Shown: positions 29,258 through 39,808, counted from the stretch's first letter. The stretch: DNA of 64,000 bases from Actinomycetes bacterium (GCA_021848365.1 JAJZUS010000001.1:540608-604607), one strand, 5' to 3'. The notes: generated by a model from the sequence alone, not told the origin. A program made the numbers and translations.

Positions 29258-29973
29258 GAGGCCAGGCTGTCGGCGACGTGGGCGATGCCCCGGCCCCAGG
29301 TGGCGAGGACGTTCGGGGGCAGGTAGGACGTACCGGACTTCGTGTGGTCGACGACCGGTGAGGCGACGTAGCGCTCGCGGCCCCGGGGGTCGAGGAAGTA
29401 CGTGATCGAGCTGTGGACGACGTCGGCGTTGTAGCCCCGGGCGACCACGTCAACCCCGTAGGCGCGCCAGATCGACCGCAGGGTCGCCAGGGGCCCGGTG
29501 AGGAAGTGCCAGGTGGCGATGGTGTCGAGGCCGTGGCCGGCGGAGAAGGCTGCGACGTCGGCGACGGCCCGGTGGTAGGGGTTCACGTTCACCGCGAGGA
29601 AGACCGTCCCCTTCGCCGCCGTCCCGAGGTCGTGCTCGGCGTCGACCAGCTCGGCCGCGACGAGCGGGCAGATGTCGGTGCAGTGGGAGTCCATGAAGTT
29701 GATGACGACCGGGTGGCCGCGGAACTGGGCGAGGGAGAAGGTCCGCCCGGTCTGGTCGACCAGGGTGAAGCCCGGCGCGGGGCGGGCCGGGACGGGCGAG
29801 AGCGTCATGGCGTTGGCCTCGCTCGTCGTGACGACGCTCGGCAGGCCGCTCAGGCGTAACGGCGTCGCCGCCGAGGCGGACGAGTGGTGGCGCGCCACGA
29901 CGACGAGGGTCGCGGCGATCGCGATCGTGACGACGAGCGCCGCGACGGTCGCGAGGTAGACCCGGCGGTTCAC
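29254..29973 (-). CDS. SCO1/SenC copper chaperone family protein
   Basis: N-terminal TM; FTLVDQTG; HCTDICP (CxxxC); WHFLTG; VVHSSITY (His ligand). Confidence 0.9.
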   Translation of the reverse strand: MNRRVYLATVAALVVTIAIAATLVVVARHHSSASAATPLRLSGLPSVVTTSEANAMTLSPVPARPAPGFTLVDQTGRTFSLAQFRGHPVVINFMDSHCTDICPLVAAELVDAEHDLGTAAKGTVFLAVNVNPYHRAVADVAAFSAGHGLDTIATWHFLTGPLATLRSIWRAYGVDVVARGYNADVVHSSITYFLDPRGRERYVASPVVDHTKSGTSYLPPNVLATWGRGIAHVADSLAS

Positions 29974-30048
29974 GCGACCACTCTAGGGGCGACCCGAATC
30001 TCGTTCTCCCCGGACCCGTCGCGTCCCTCACTACCATTCGGGTGGATC

Positions 30049-33000
30049 ATGTCGAGTTCCCCCCGAGCCGAGGATCGGGCGCCCGCCCCGACGACGGACG
30101 CGTCCGTCGCCGAGCACCTGCTGCGCCTGGTGAGCGACCCCCTCGTCGTCCTGCGACCCCTGCGCGACGCGTCGGGCGCCCTGGCCGACTTCGAGGTGGT
30201 GGCCGTCAACGAGTCGGTCCTGCGGGGCGAGTCCTTCGACGCGGCCGCCCTGGTCGGGCGGCGGGCCTCCCAGATCCTCCCCGAGTTCGTCCGGGGCGAG
30301 ACGGCCGAGCGTAACCTCGCCGCCCTCGATCGCGGCGAGGACCTCCTCCTGCACGACTGGGTGCTCAATAACCCGCTGCGCGGGGGGCGGCGCCACTACG
30401 ACGTGCGGGCGACCTGGGTCGGCGACGAGGTCGCGGCCAGCTTCCGCGACCTCACCGACGACACCGAGATGCGCGCCCGCTACCGGATGCTGCTCGAGAG
30501 CACCGGTGACGTCGTGCTGGTGGCCGGCCCCGACGGGCTCCGCTGGGCCTCGGACTCGCTGACGGCCCTCGCCGGGTGGCGGGCCGACGACCTCGTCGGA
30601 CGGGACTTCGCCTCCTTCGTCCACCCCGACGACCTCGCGCCCCTGCACGAGGCCCGCCGACTCGTCGCGGCCGGCGAGCGCGCCACCTACCGGCTGCGGA
30701 TGCGCACCGCGGACGGCGGCTACGTCTGGGTCGAGACGACGGTGCGCGACGTCCGCACGTCCGAGGGGGAGCACGAGCGGGTGGCGACCCTGCACGACGT
30801 GACGACCGAGGTGAGCGCCCTCGAGCGACGCCGGGCCCTCGAGCGACGCTACGCATTGCTCGCCCAGAACGCCAACGACGTCGTCGCCCTCACCGACCTG
30901 GAGGGGATCGTCACCTTCGTCTCGCCGTCGATCACCGAGGTCCTCGGCTGGCGCCCGGAGGACCTCGTCGGTCGTCGCGACACGGACTTCGTCGCTCGCG
31001 GCGACCCGGAGCTCGCGCGGGCCTGGCGCGAGCGGGCGCTCTCCGACCCCGCGCCGCTCACCGCCCGGCTACGGATGCGCACGACGGGCGGGCACCCCAT
31101 CTGGATGACCATCCGGATGCGCGCGGCGCTCGACGAGGACGGCGTCGCGACGGGCGTCGTCATCTCGGGGCGCGACAGCGAGGCCGAGATCCGCGCCGAG
31201 CGGGCCTTTCGCACCGTCGCCGAGAGCATCCACGTGCGGGCCCGGGCCACCTCGGAGACCGAGCTCCTGAACGACCTGTGCCGCGTCGCCGTCGAGACCG
31301 GCGGGTACCTCATGGCCTGGTACGGACAGCGCGTCGACGACGCCGAGCACACCGTGGCGAAGGTCGGGATGAGCGAGGGCGCGAGCGACTTCCTCGCCGC
31401 CTTCGACGTCCACTGGGGCGTCGAGCAGCGCGACGTGAGCCCGACCGGTTACGCGGTGGCGACCGGGGAGACGATCGTCGTCGCCGACGTCACGCGCGAC
31501 CCGCGCTGGGACAAGATCCGCGCGACGACGCTGGGTCATCACATCGGCTCGGCGCTCTTCCTGCCGGTCACGGTCGACGGCCGGGTCGACGGGGCCCTCG
31601 TCGTCTACGCCCGCGAGGTCGGCGCCTTCGGCTCGAACGAGATCGAGCTGCTCTCGGTCCTCGCCGAGGGGCTCGGCATCGGGCTCAGCCGACTGCGCGA
31701 TCGGGCCGGGTTCGCCGAGACGTCGCGCGAGAACCGGGTCCTCACCGACGCGATCGACTCGTCCCAGGAGGGCATCCTCATCATCGGCGCCGACCGGCGC
31801 GTCTCCTACGCCAACGAGGCGCTGGCCCGCGCCGTCGGTCGCCGGCGGGAGGAGATGATCGGTCAGGTGCCGCCGGTGCTGCGCTCGACGACGGTCTTCG
31901 TCGCCGACGAGAGCCCGGCCCAGGCCTTCGACCGCGGGGACTCGTGGCGGGGGATCTACTTCTGCGAGTCCGACGACGGCGCGAAGGTCGAGGTCGAGGC
32001 GGTCGTCACCCCGATCCACGACGCCCGCGGCGACGTGCTGGCCTTCGTCGAGATCCAGCACGACCTCTCGGCCACCCGCTCACTCGAGGCGGCCCTCGAT
32101 CGCGACCACCGCGACCGCCGCGCGATCGCCGGGATCATGCGCGACGTACGCGTCGGCGGGAGCGTCTTCGACACGGCCGGCCGCCTGGCACGCGCCGCGC
32201 TGGCGCTCGACACGGTGGCGGGGGCCGCGGTGCTGCTCGCCGACGGCGAGGGGCGTCCCCGCCCGGTGGGGGTGGCCGGGGTGAGCCTGCCGGGCTTCGT
32301 CCTCAACGAGCCCGTCCCCCTGGCCGACGCCGGGTCCGTGTGGGCGATGTGCGCCACGGGACCGGCCACCTTCGAGCTGGCCGATCCGCCGCCGCCGGTG
32401 CGGCCGGAGGCGGCCACGCAGTGGCGCCGGGCCGGGCTGACGACGTCGGCCCTGGTGCCGATCTCGGTCGAGGAGCGGGCCATCGGGGCGCTGCTGCTCG
32501 CCTCGACCGACTCGCTCGCCGGGGCGTCGTGGCCCGAGCGGATCGGCGTCTTCGAGCAGATGGGCATCTTCGCCGGGACCCTCCTCGCCGAGCAGGCCCG
32601 CGACTACGCGGGCTACGAGCGTCGCCGGGCCGAGATCCGGGCGCGGATCGACACCGCCGCCTTCCGACCCGTCTTCCAGCCCTTCGTCGACCTCGGCACC
32701 GACGAGGTCGTCGGCTACGAGGCCCTCACGCGATTCAGCGACGGGGCGCGGCCCGACGAGGTCTTCGTCGCGGCCCACCACGTGGGCCTCGGGCTCGAGC
32801 TCGAGTTCGCGACGGCCCGCGCGGCGGTGGCGGCGAGTGCGGGACTGCCCGAGGGCGTCTGGGTGAGCGTCAACTTCTCCGAGCCGGCGGTCCACGAGCC
32901 CGAGATCGAGGCCCTGGTGGCGACGGCGCCCCGACCGATCGTCATCGAGCTCACCGAGCACGAGAAGATCCGCGACTACGCCGGGGTGCGCCGGGCGATC

Positions 33001-33330
33001 TCGCGATTGACGGGGGTGCGCCTCGCGGTCGACGACGCCGGCTCGGGATTCACGAGCCTCAGCCACATCGTCGAGCTGGCGCCCGACATCGTGAAGCTCG
33101 ACATCTCCATCGTGCGCGGTGTCGACCAGGACCCGGTGCGCCAGGCGATGGCGGCGGGCATCGCCTACTTCGCCCTCGAGAGCGGCACCCAGGTGGTCGC
33201 CGAGGGCGTGGAGACCGAGGGCGAGGCGAACGCCCTGCGCTCCCTCAGTCTCACCGTCGGGGGGCGGCCCCTCCTCGGCCAGGGCTACTACTTCGGGCGT
33301 CCCGAGCCGGTCTCACCGGTCGACGCCTGA
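30049..33330 (+). CDS. Multi-PAS/GAF sensor with C-terminal EAL c-di-GMP phosphodiesterase domain
   Basis: PAS/PAC motifs (FVHPDD, WVET), GAF (GGYLMAWYG..GPT-like SPTGYA), EAL core GYEALTRF, SVNFS, IELTE, VDDAGSG, VKLD, VAEGVET; no GGDEF. Confidence 0.92.
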   Translation: MSSSPRAEDRAPAPTTDASVAEHLLRLVSDPLVVLRPLRDASGALADFEVVAVNESVLRGESFDAAALVGRRASQILPEFVRGETAERNLAALDRGEDLLLHDWVLNNPLRGGRRHYDVRATWVGDEVAASFRDLTDDTEMRARYRMLLESTGDVVLVAGPDGLRWASDSLTALAGWRADDLVGRDFASFVHPDDLAPLHEARRLVAAGERATYRLRMRTADGGYVWVETTVRDVRTSEGEHERVATLHDVTTEVSALERRRALERRYALLAQNANDVVALTDLEGIVTFVSPSITEVLGWRPEDLVGRRDTDFVARGDPELARAWRERALSDPAPLTARLRMRTTGGHPIWMTIRMRAALDEDGVATGVVISGRDSEAEIRAERAFRTVAESIHVRARATSETELLNDLCRVAVETGGYLMAWYGQRVDDAEHTVAKVGMSEGASDFLAAFDVHWGVEQRDVSPTGYAVATGETIVVADVTRDPRWDKIRATTLGHHIGSALFLPVTVDGRVDGALVVYAREVGAFGSNEIELLSVLAEGLGIGLSRLRDRAGFAETSRENRVLTDAIDSSQEGILIIGADRRVSYANEALARAVGRRREEMIGQVPPVLRSTTVFVADESPAQAFDRGDSWRGIYFCESDDGAKVEVEAVVTPIHDARGDVLAFVEIQHDLSATRSLEAALDRDHRDRRAIAGIMRDVRVGGSVFDTAGRLARAALALDTVAGAAVLLADGEGRPRPVGVAGVSLPGFVLNEPVPLADAGSVWAMCATGPATFELADPPPPVRPEAATQWRRAGLTTSALVPISVEERAIGALLLASTDSLAGASWPERIGVFEQMGIFAGTLLAEQARDYAGYERRRAEIRARIDTAAFRPVFQPFVDLGTDEVVGYEALTRFSDGARPDEVFVAAHHVGLGLELEFATARAAVAASAGLPEGVWVSVNFSEPAVHEPEIEALVATAPRPIVIELTEHEKIRDYAGVRRAISRLTGVRLAVDDAGSGFTSLSHIVELAPDIVKLDISIVRGVDQDPVRQAMAAGIAYFALESGTQVVAEGVETEGEANALRSLSLTVGGRPLLGQGYYFGRPEPVSPVDA

Positions 33331-34422
33331 GGGGAGCCGCTCGGTCGGCCACCCGAGCCGCTCGACGGCCTGGCGCACGGCGAAGCGGTCGGTCATCCCC
33401 GCGACGTAGGTGACGGCCCGGTGCAGGGGGTCGCCCGCGAGGTCGTCGGGCAGTTCCTCGGGAACCTCCCGGTAGTGGGCGACGAGGGCGCGGAGCATCT
33501 CGACGACCCGGGTGGCCTGCTCGCGCGAGGCGGCGCGCAGGTAGATGCGCTCGTAATTGAGGGCCCGGAAGGCGGCGAGCGCCTCGGCCGTCGCGGGGTC
33601 CATGCCGACGAGGCCGGTCTCGCGCGAGGCGGTGACGAGGGCCGTGATGAAGCCGCCGAGCTGGCGCCCCCGGCCCGACCCCACCCGTTCGCGCACGACG
33701 ATCGGCAGGTCGTCCTCGGTCACGATGCCGGCGGAGAGGGCGTCCTCGAAGTCGTGGCAGACGTAGGCGATGCGGTCGGCCCAGCTGACGACCTCGCCCT
33801 CGGGCGTCGCGGGGGCCGGGCGAGACCAGGAGTGGTTGGCGATCCCGTCGAGGGTCTCGACGCAGAGGTTGAGGGGGGCGAGGGCGACGTCGGCTCCCCA
33901 GGGCGCGTGGTCGAAGCCGCCCGGTACGAAGGGGTCGAGCGCCTCCTCGCTGGCGTGCCCCCCCGGGCCGTGCCCGCAGTCGTGTCCGAGGGCGATCGCC
34001 TCGGTGAGCGCCTCGTTGAGCCCGAGCGAGCTCGCGACGGCCCGGGCGACCTGTGCGACCTCGAGGGCGTGCGTGAGCCGGGTGCGCATGTGGTCCTCGG
34101 GGAAGATGAAGACCTGGGTCTTGCCGGCGAGGCGGCGGAACGGCGTCGAGTGCAGGATCCGGTCGCGGTCGCGCTCGAAGCAGGTGCGCCAGAGGTCGGG
34201 GTCCTCGGGGCGGGCCCGGTCGCCGGGGCCGTCGGCCCGGGTCGCCCCGGCGGCGAGGGTGACGGCCTCGCGCTCCTCGCGCTCGACGCGGGTGGCGCCG
34301 GGCCCGGGTCCGAGGCTCGCGCGGGAGTCCCGGTGGGCGCGGATGAGGGTCGCGGCGTGGGGATGCCCCCCCATGGTCGCCGCCCAGCGCTCGTGGCGCT
34401 CGCTCGGGAAGGTCTCGTCCAT
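33313..34422 (-). CDS. dgt: Deoxyguanosinetriphosphate triphosphohydrolase (HD domain)
   Basis: FERDRDRILHSTPFRRLAGKTQVF, RTRLTHALEV, GHDCGHGPGGH, ADRIAY, YVAGMTDRFA. Confidence 0.93.
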   Translation of the reverse strand: MDETFPSERHERWAATMGGHPHAATLIRAHRDSRASLGPGPGATRVEREEREAVTLAAGATRADGPGDRARPEDPDLWRTCFERDRDRILHSTPFRRLAGKTQVFIFPEDHMRTRLTHALEVAQVARAVASSLGLNEALTEAIALGHDCGHGPGGHASEEALDPFVPGGFDHAPWGADVALAPLNLCVETLDGIANHSWSRPAPATPEGEVVSWADRIAYVCHDFEDALSAGIVTEDDLPIVVRERVGSGRGRQLGGFITALVTASRETGLVGMDPATAEALAAFRALNYERIYLRAASREQATRVVEMLRALVAHYREVPEELPDDLAGDPLHRAVTYVAGMTDRFAVRQAVERLGWPTERLPSGVDR

Positions 34423-34530
34423 GGGGCCATTGTGCCCGACGGGTCCGTCACCTCGCCCCGTGCGTGAAGAAGGTTTTGTCCCTCCGCGAGGCGAGGCCCG
34501 CCGCCGGCGTCCCCTAGGGTGACGGCGACC

Positions 34531-36519
34531 ATGGGAGCGACCGGCGACGCGGACCAGCGAGAGGGCGACGGCGAGGTCGTCGCCGTCCTCGTCGAGGACG
34601 CTCTCGAGGCGGCGGTCGCCCTGCGCGAGCGCGACGCGACCTGGGAGGTGGCCGCCGCGAACGCCCCCGCCCGCGAGCTGGTCGGACGCGACGTCGACCC
34701 CGTGACGCTCGAGCGGGCCCTGCGCGAGCGGGGACTCTCCTTCGAGGTCGTCGCCGAGGCGGCGCGCGCTCGTCGCACGCGCCGGGCGTCGGCCCCCTCG
34801 GGGGAGTGGACCGCCGAGGCGGTGCCCCTCGCGGGTCTCGTCGTGTTGCGGATCTGCCGTCGCGACGACGCCTTCTACCGAATGCTCGCCACCGACACGG
34901 CCGACGTCCTCTCGCTCGCGGACACCGACGCCGTCCTGCGGTGGGTCTCGCCGGCCGTCACCGAGGTCCTCGGCTACCGACCCGAGGAGATGGTCGGACG
35001 ATCGCTGCTCGACTTCGTGGTCGACCCCGACGACCTCACGGTGCGGGGCGTCCAGCGGCGCCTGCCCTCGGGCGAGCTCGTCGTCTACCAGGTCGACCTG
35101 CGCACGAAGGACGGCGGGGCGCGCTCGCTCCAGATCTCGGTGCGTGAGGTCTCGGACCCCCGCGACGGTGCCAGGGTGCGGGTCGCCTCGTGGCGCGACC
35201 TCGCGGGCGAGCGCGAGGCCCGCGCCCGCCTCGCCGTCTCGGAGGACCGGTTCCGACTGGTGGCGGAGAACGCCTCGGACGTGGTCCTCGAGCTCGACGC
35301 GACGGGCGTCGTGCGGTGGGCGTCACCCTCGGCCACCCGGCTCACCGGCACCGAGGGCGCGGTCGTCGGCACGCGACTCTGGTCCCACGTCGCGACCTCG
35401 GATCGCGTCGCGGCCCAGGTCTGGTGGCGCCGCGCGCAGTCCCAGGGGTCGGCCGTCGAGCGACTGCGGCTGCTCTCGACGGGTGGGGGGCCGCGCTGGT
35501 ACGAGGCGCGGGCGAGTACCGTCGCCACCGCGGGCGGGACCGTCGTCGTCGCCCTGCGCGACGTCCAGAGCGAGGTCGTCGCCCAGCGGGCCCACGCGAC
35601 GCTCAGCCTGGCGACGCGCATCCTCCTCGACGCCGACGACGAGGAGACGCTCCTCGCGGAGATCTGCAACTGCCTGGTCGACGCCGGCGGGTACGCGCTC
35701 GCCTGGTACGCGCGTCCGGTCGAGGACGCCGCGGGCAGCCTCGAGCGCGTCGCCGTCAACCGTCACCCCGTCGGCTACCTCGACGAGATCCGGCCGTCGT
35801 GGCGCGCGGGAGCGAACGGCACGGGCCTGATCGGGACCGTCCTGCTCCAGGGGGCGACGGTCGTGCTCGACGACGCCGTCGCCATCGACAGCGCCAACCC
35901 CTGGCGACTCGTCGCCAAGCGCTACGGGATCGGCTCGGTGATCTCGCTGCCGGTCGAGGTCAACGGGCGCATCGACGGGGCACTCACCGTCTACGCGGTG
36001 GAGACCGAGGCCTTCGGTCCCGAAGTCCGCTCCCTCCTCACCCTCCTCGTCGACGAAGTCGGCGACGGGATCGCGCGCCTGCGCGAGCGAGCGGTCCTGG
36101 CGGAGACCCGTGCCGAGGTGAGCGCCTTCGAGGTGGTGACGAACCTCGCGCGCGCGGCCGTCGCGATCTTCGACCTCGACGGCGCGGTGACCTACGCCAA
36201 CGCGGCCGCCGGACAGGCGGTCGGACTCGAGGCGGAGGACCTCCTCGGGCGGGACCGCACCTGGTTCCGGGACCGCTTCGTCGACGCCGAGTTCCTCGAG
36301 GAAGTGCTCGTCGCCATCGGCGAGCACCGGCCCTGGAGTGGGTCGGTCCCCTTCCACCGGGCGGACGGGTTCACGGTGCGCACCGAGATCTCGGTCAACC
36401 CGGTGATCGACTACGACGGGACGCTCCTCTACGTGGTGGTGATCATGACCGCGCCCGCCCTCGACGCCGCGTCCCTCGACGGCCTATCCCTCGAGGGCCC
36501 GGCGGCACCGTCGCGCTGA
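34531..36519 (+). CDS. PAS-PAS-GAF-PAS sensory protein with no output domain
   Basis: WVSPAVTEVLGYRPEEMVGRS; GAF GGYALAWY..GTGLIG; final PAS ends at the C-terminus. No GGDEF, EAL, HisKA or HTH motif. Confidence 0.82.
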   Translation: MGATGDADQREGDGEVVAVLVEDALEAAVALRERDATWEVAAANAPARELVGRDVDPVTLERALRERGLSFEVVAEAARARRTRRASAPSGEWTAEAVPLAGLVVLRICRRDDAFYRMLATDTADVLSLADTDAVLRWVSPAVTEVLGYRPEEMVGRSLLDFVVDPDDLTVRGVQRRLPSGELVVYQVDLRTKDGGARSLQISVREVSDPRDGARVRVASWRDLAGEREARARLAVSEDRFRLVAENASDVVLELDATGVVRWASPSATRLTGTEGAVVGTRLWSHVATSDRVAAQVWWRRAQSQGSAVERLRLLSTGGGPRWYEARASTVATAGGTVVVALRDVQSEVVAQRAHATLSLATRILLDADDEETLLAEICNCLVDAGGYALAWYARPVEDAAGSLERVAVNRHPVGYLDEIRPSWRAGANGTGLIGTVLLQGATVVLDDAVAIDSANPWRLVAKRYGIGSVISLPVEVNGRIDGALTVYAVETEAFGPEVRSLLTLLVDEVGDGIARLRERAVLAETRAEVSAFEVVTNLARAAVAIFDLDGAVTYANAAAGQAVGLEAEDLLGRDRTWFRDRFVDAEFLEEVLVAIGEHRPWSGSVPFHRADGFTVRTEISVNPVIDYDGTLLYVVVIMTAPALDAASLDGLSLEGPAAPSR

Positions 36520-36556
36520 GCGGCCGTAACATGGGACGGTCGAACGGCAGGTGGTG

Positions 36557-36790
36557 ATGGAGATCAAGATCGGAATCGTCCAGACGATGCGCGAGCTCGA
36601 GGTGGACTTGGCGGACGACGCCGACACCGAGGCCGTGGTACGCGACGTGGAGGCCGCCATCGGAGGCGAGGGCGTCCTGTGGCTCACCGACCGGCGCGGC
36701 AAGCGCCTCGGCGTGCCGGCGTCGCGCATCGCCTACGTCGAGTTCGGCTCGCCGCACGCGGGCCGGGCCGTCGGCTTCGGCGCCAGCTGA
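36557..36790 (+). CDS. DUF3107 domain protein
   Basis: MEIKIGIVQTMREL..LWLTDRRGKR..VPASRIAYVEFG, an actinobacterial signature. Confidence 0.9.
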   Translation: MEIKIGIVQTMRELEVDLADDADTEAVVRDVEAAIGGEGVLWLTDRRGKRLGVPASRIAYVEFGSPHAGRAVGFGAS

Positions 36791-36791
36791 C

Positions 36792-37664
36792 GTGATCGAC
36801 TACCACCTCCACCTCTGGCCCCACGAGGAGTCGAGCGTCTGGTACCGACTGGACCAGATCGCCGACTACTGCGAGCGGGCGGCCGGGGAGGGGGTGAGCG
36901 AGCTCGCCCTCACCGAGCACTCCAACCGCTTCGTCGACGTGATGGATCTCGTCGGTCCCTTCTGGGACCGGTTCCCCCACGAGGCGACGAGCCCGGTGAT
37001 GCGCGACTACATGGCCTTCACCGCGCGTAACAGCCTCGACGCGTACGTGACGCTCGCCCAGCGGGCGAAGGACGAGGGCCTGCCGGTGAAGATCGGACTC
37101 GAGGTCGACTACTACCGCGACCAGATGGACGTCGTCGCCGAGCTGCTCGCCCAGTACCCCTTCGACGTCCTCATCGGCTCGGTGCACTGGCTCGGGAGCT
37201 GGGCCTTCGACGACATCGACAGCCCGGTGCCCATGGCCGAGTGGACCGTGCGCGACGTCGACCAGGCCTGGGCCGACTACGCGACGGCCCTCGAGGAGCT
37301 GGCGGCGACGGGGGCGGTCGACGTGCTGGCCCACCCCGACCTGATCAAGGTGGCGGGGTACCACGCGAGCAACCCGGCCGACTACTGGGACCTGATGGCG
37401 GCGGCCGCCGGGGCGGCCGACGTCTCGGTGGAGTGCTCCTCGGCCGGCTGGGTGAAGCCCGTCGGCGAGCAGTACCCGGCCGAGGGCTTCCTCGACCGCC
37501 TGGTCGCTCGCGGGGTCACCTTCACCACGGCGAGCGACGCCCACCGCCTCAACCGGGTGGGGGAGCGCACCGGCGACCTCGCCACCCTGCTCGAGGCCCG
37601 CGGGGTCCACGAGCTCGCGAGCTACGACCGTCGACGGCGCGTGATGGTCCCGCTGCGCGGCTGA
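36792..37664 (+). CDS. PHP-domain hydrolase (HisJ-like histidinol-phosphatase family)
   Basis: DYHLH, LTEH, GLEVDY, IGSVH, AHPDL, SDAH. Confidence 0.88.
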   Translation: MIDYHLHLWPHEESSVWYRLDQIADYCERAAGEGVSELALTEHSNRFVDVMDLVGPFWDRFPHEATSPVMRDYMAFTARNSLDAYVTLAQRAKDEGLPVKIGLEVDYYRDQMDVVAELLAQYPFDVLIGSVHWLGSWAFDDIDSPVPMAEWTVRDVDQAWADYATALEELAATGAVDVLAHPDLIKVAGYHASNPADYWDLMAAAAGAADVSVECSSAGWVKPVGEQYPAEGFLDRLVARGVTFTTASDAHRLNRVGERTGDLATLLEARGVHELASYDRRRRVMVPLRG

Positions 37665-39139
37665 TGGCGACCCTCGCCGAGCTCGCGATCGCCCGCACCG
37701 ACCTCGGTGAGCCCGTCGTCGACCACCTCCTGCGCCTCACGGCCTCGTGGGGGCTCCTCGCCGACCTCGCCTTCTCCGACCTGCTCCTCATGGCCCCGAC
37801 CCGGGAGGACCCCGAGACCCTCGTCGTCCTCGGCCAGGTGCGGCCCAACAACCGCGCGACGCTCATCAACGACGACCTCGTGGGAAGCCTGCACCCCCGC
37901 GAGGAGTGGGTGGTCGTCGCGCGCGCCCTCGACGAGGGCCAGCGCGCCACCGGCGACGCCCGCATCCCCGCCGTCGACGAGTCGGTCGCCCTGTGGGCCG
38001 TCCCGGTCCGGGCCGGCGACCGGGTGGTCGCCGTCCTCGTGCGGGTCCTCGGCCCCCTGCGCGGCCCGGCCTCCCTCTACGAGCAGGCCTACCTTGGGAT
38101 CTTCATCCGGCTCTGCGACATGGTCGCGGACGGGACCTTCCCCTTCCGCGAGGAGGAGGTGGGCGGCGCGACCTCGCCCCGGGTCGGCGACGGCATCATC
38201 CTGCTCGAGCGCGACGGACGGGTGGAGTTCGCGACGCCCAACGCCACGAACGCCCTCCACCGCCTCGGTATCTACGCCTCGCCCGAGGGGCGCTCCTTCG
38301 TCACCCTCGGCCTGAAGGTCCGCGCGGCCGAGCGGGCCCTCGCCTTCGGGCTGCCCTCCATGGAGGAGATCGACCGGGGCCACGACGTGGCGATCCTCTT
38401 CAACTGCGTCCCCCTGCTCAGCGCCGGTGAGGTGACCGGCGTGCTCGTGCTGCTGCGCGACGTGTCGGACCTGCGCCAGCTGAACCGCGTCGTCCTGCAC
38501 AAGGAGGCCGCGGTGCGCGAGGTGCACCACCGGGTGAAGAACAACCTGCAGACGATCTCCTCGCTGCTGCGCCTCCAGGCGCGCCGCAGCGAGGAGATCG
38601 AGACGCGCACAGCTCTCCTCGAGGCCGAGCGGCGCGTGCGCTCGATCGCCGTGGTGCACGAGGTCCTCTCGCGAGAGCCCGGCGAGGAGGTCGTCTTCGA
38701 CGAGATCGTGAGCGCTCTCGTCATGCTCGTCGAGGACACCGTGCTCGCGCTGCACCCGGTCGAGATCGTCGTGAACGGGGGGCTGGGCATCCTCCCCACC
38801 GACCTCGCCACGCCCCTCGCGGTCGCCCTGGCCGAGCTGCTCACGAACGCCGTGGAGCACGCCTTCGTCGACTTCGGGGGCCCCGAGAACGACCACGTGG
38901 GGGTGGTGACGCTCAACCTCGCGGTTCGCGGCGGGGAGGCGATCGCCGAGATCCGCGACAACGGACGCGGCCTCGGGGCCGACTTCTCCCTCGAGACCCC
39001 GCGCAGTCTGGGGCTCTCCATCGTGCGCGACCTCGTGCGGACCCAGCTGCACGGCACGATCGAGATGCGCTCGGTGCCCCTCGCCGAGGGCGGGGGAGCC
39101 TACGCCCGAGTGGCGATCCCGCTCGGTCCGCGCCGCTGA
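37664..39139 (+). CDS. pdtaS: PdtaS-type soluble sensor histidine kinase
   Basis: W-LLADLAFSDLLL N-terminal GAF, PRVGDG, PAS, EVHHRVKNNLQ, ELLTNAVEHAF, DNGRG, SLGLSIV. Confidence 0.92.
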   Translation: MATLAELAIARTDLGEPVVDHLLRLTASWGLLADLAFSDLLLMAPTREDPETLVVLGQVRPNNRATLINDDLVGSLHPREEWVVVARALDEGQRATGDARIPAVDESVALWAVPVRAGDRVVAVLVRVLGPLRGPASLYEQAYLGIFIRLCDMVADGTFPFREEEVGGATSPRVGDGIILLERDGRVEFATPNATNALHRLGIYASPEGRSFVTLGLKVRAAERALAFGLPSMEEIDRGHDVAILFNCVPLLSAGEVTGVLVLLRDVSDLRQLNRVVLHKEAAVREVHHRVKNNLQTISSLLRLQARRSEEIETRTALLEAERRVRSIAVVHEVLSREPGEEVVFDEIVSALVMLVEDTVLALHPVEIVVNGGLGILPTDLATPLAVALAELLTNAVEHAFVDFGGPENDHVGVVTLNLAVRGGEAIAEIRDNGRGLGADFSLETPRSLGLSIVRDLVRTQLHGTIEMRSVPLAEGGGAYARVAIPLGPRR

Positions 39140-39163
39140 CGGGCCGTCCTCTAACGTGGGGGC

Positions 39164-39808
39164 GTGACCACCGAGGAGCTGTTCGACCTGATCGTCGCCG
39201 ACGGCCCCGCCCTGCGGGAGGAGACCCCGCGGGCGCTGCTGCTGCGCGCGGCGATCCGTCACCTCCTGCGCGACGACGAGTCCTCGATCCGGGTGCTCCA
39301 GATGAGCCGAGAGATCGGCATGAGCGCGAGCGTCATCTACTCGAACTTCGGCTCGCGCCAGGGCCTCGTCGACGCGGCCTACCTCGAGATCTACCGGTCG
39401 GTGACCTCGGCCTCGCGGGCGAACCTCGCCGAGCTGGCCGGCCGGGTCCGCACGCGCGAGGACCTCGCGGCGCGCTGGGCCTCGGGATCGGAGGCCCCCG
39501 AGTACCAGCGCCGCCAGGCCCTGCGTCGCCGAGTCCGCATGCAGGTGCTGGGCAAGACCCTCACGCGCCGTCGCCTGGCCGAGAAGGTCTTCGTCGAGCG
39601 CCGCACCTACCAGACCGAGCTCACCGACTACTTCCAGTCGCTCGTCGACGCCGGGGTCCTGCGCTCACCGCTCAGCGCGCGCCAGCTCGCGGCGTTCCAC
39701 ATCGGCCTGCACCTCGTGCGGGCCGTCGACGACGTCTCGGGGGACCCCCTCACCAACGACGAATGGACGATGGTGAAGCGAGTGGTCTTCGGGCTCGAGA
39801 CGGATTAG
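39164..39808 (+). CDS. TetR-like regulator
   Basis: IRVLQMSREIGMSASVIYSNFGSRQGL HTH; TAACGT 6 nt before the GTG. Confidence 0.75.
   Translation: MTTEELFDLIVADGPALREETPRALLLRAAIRHLLRDDESSIRVLQMSREIGMSASVIYSNFGSRQGLVDAAYLEIYRSVTSASRANLAELAGRVRTREDLAARWASGSEAPEYQRRQALRRRVRMQVLGKTLTRRRLAEKVFVERRTYQTELTDYFQSLVDAGVLRSPLSARQLAAFHIGLHLVRAVDDVSGDPLTNDEWTMVKRVVFGLETD

Noticed and set aside
30049-33330. GGDEF-EAL hybrid
   Set aside because: No GGDEF-like or degenerate motif precedes the EAL domain; that region is GAF-like.
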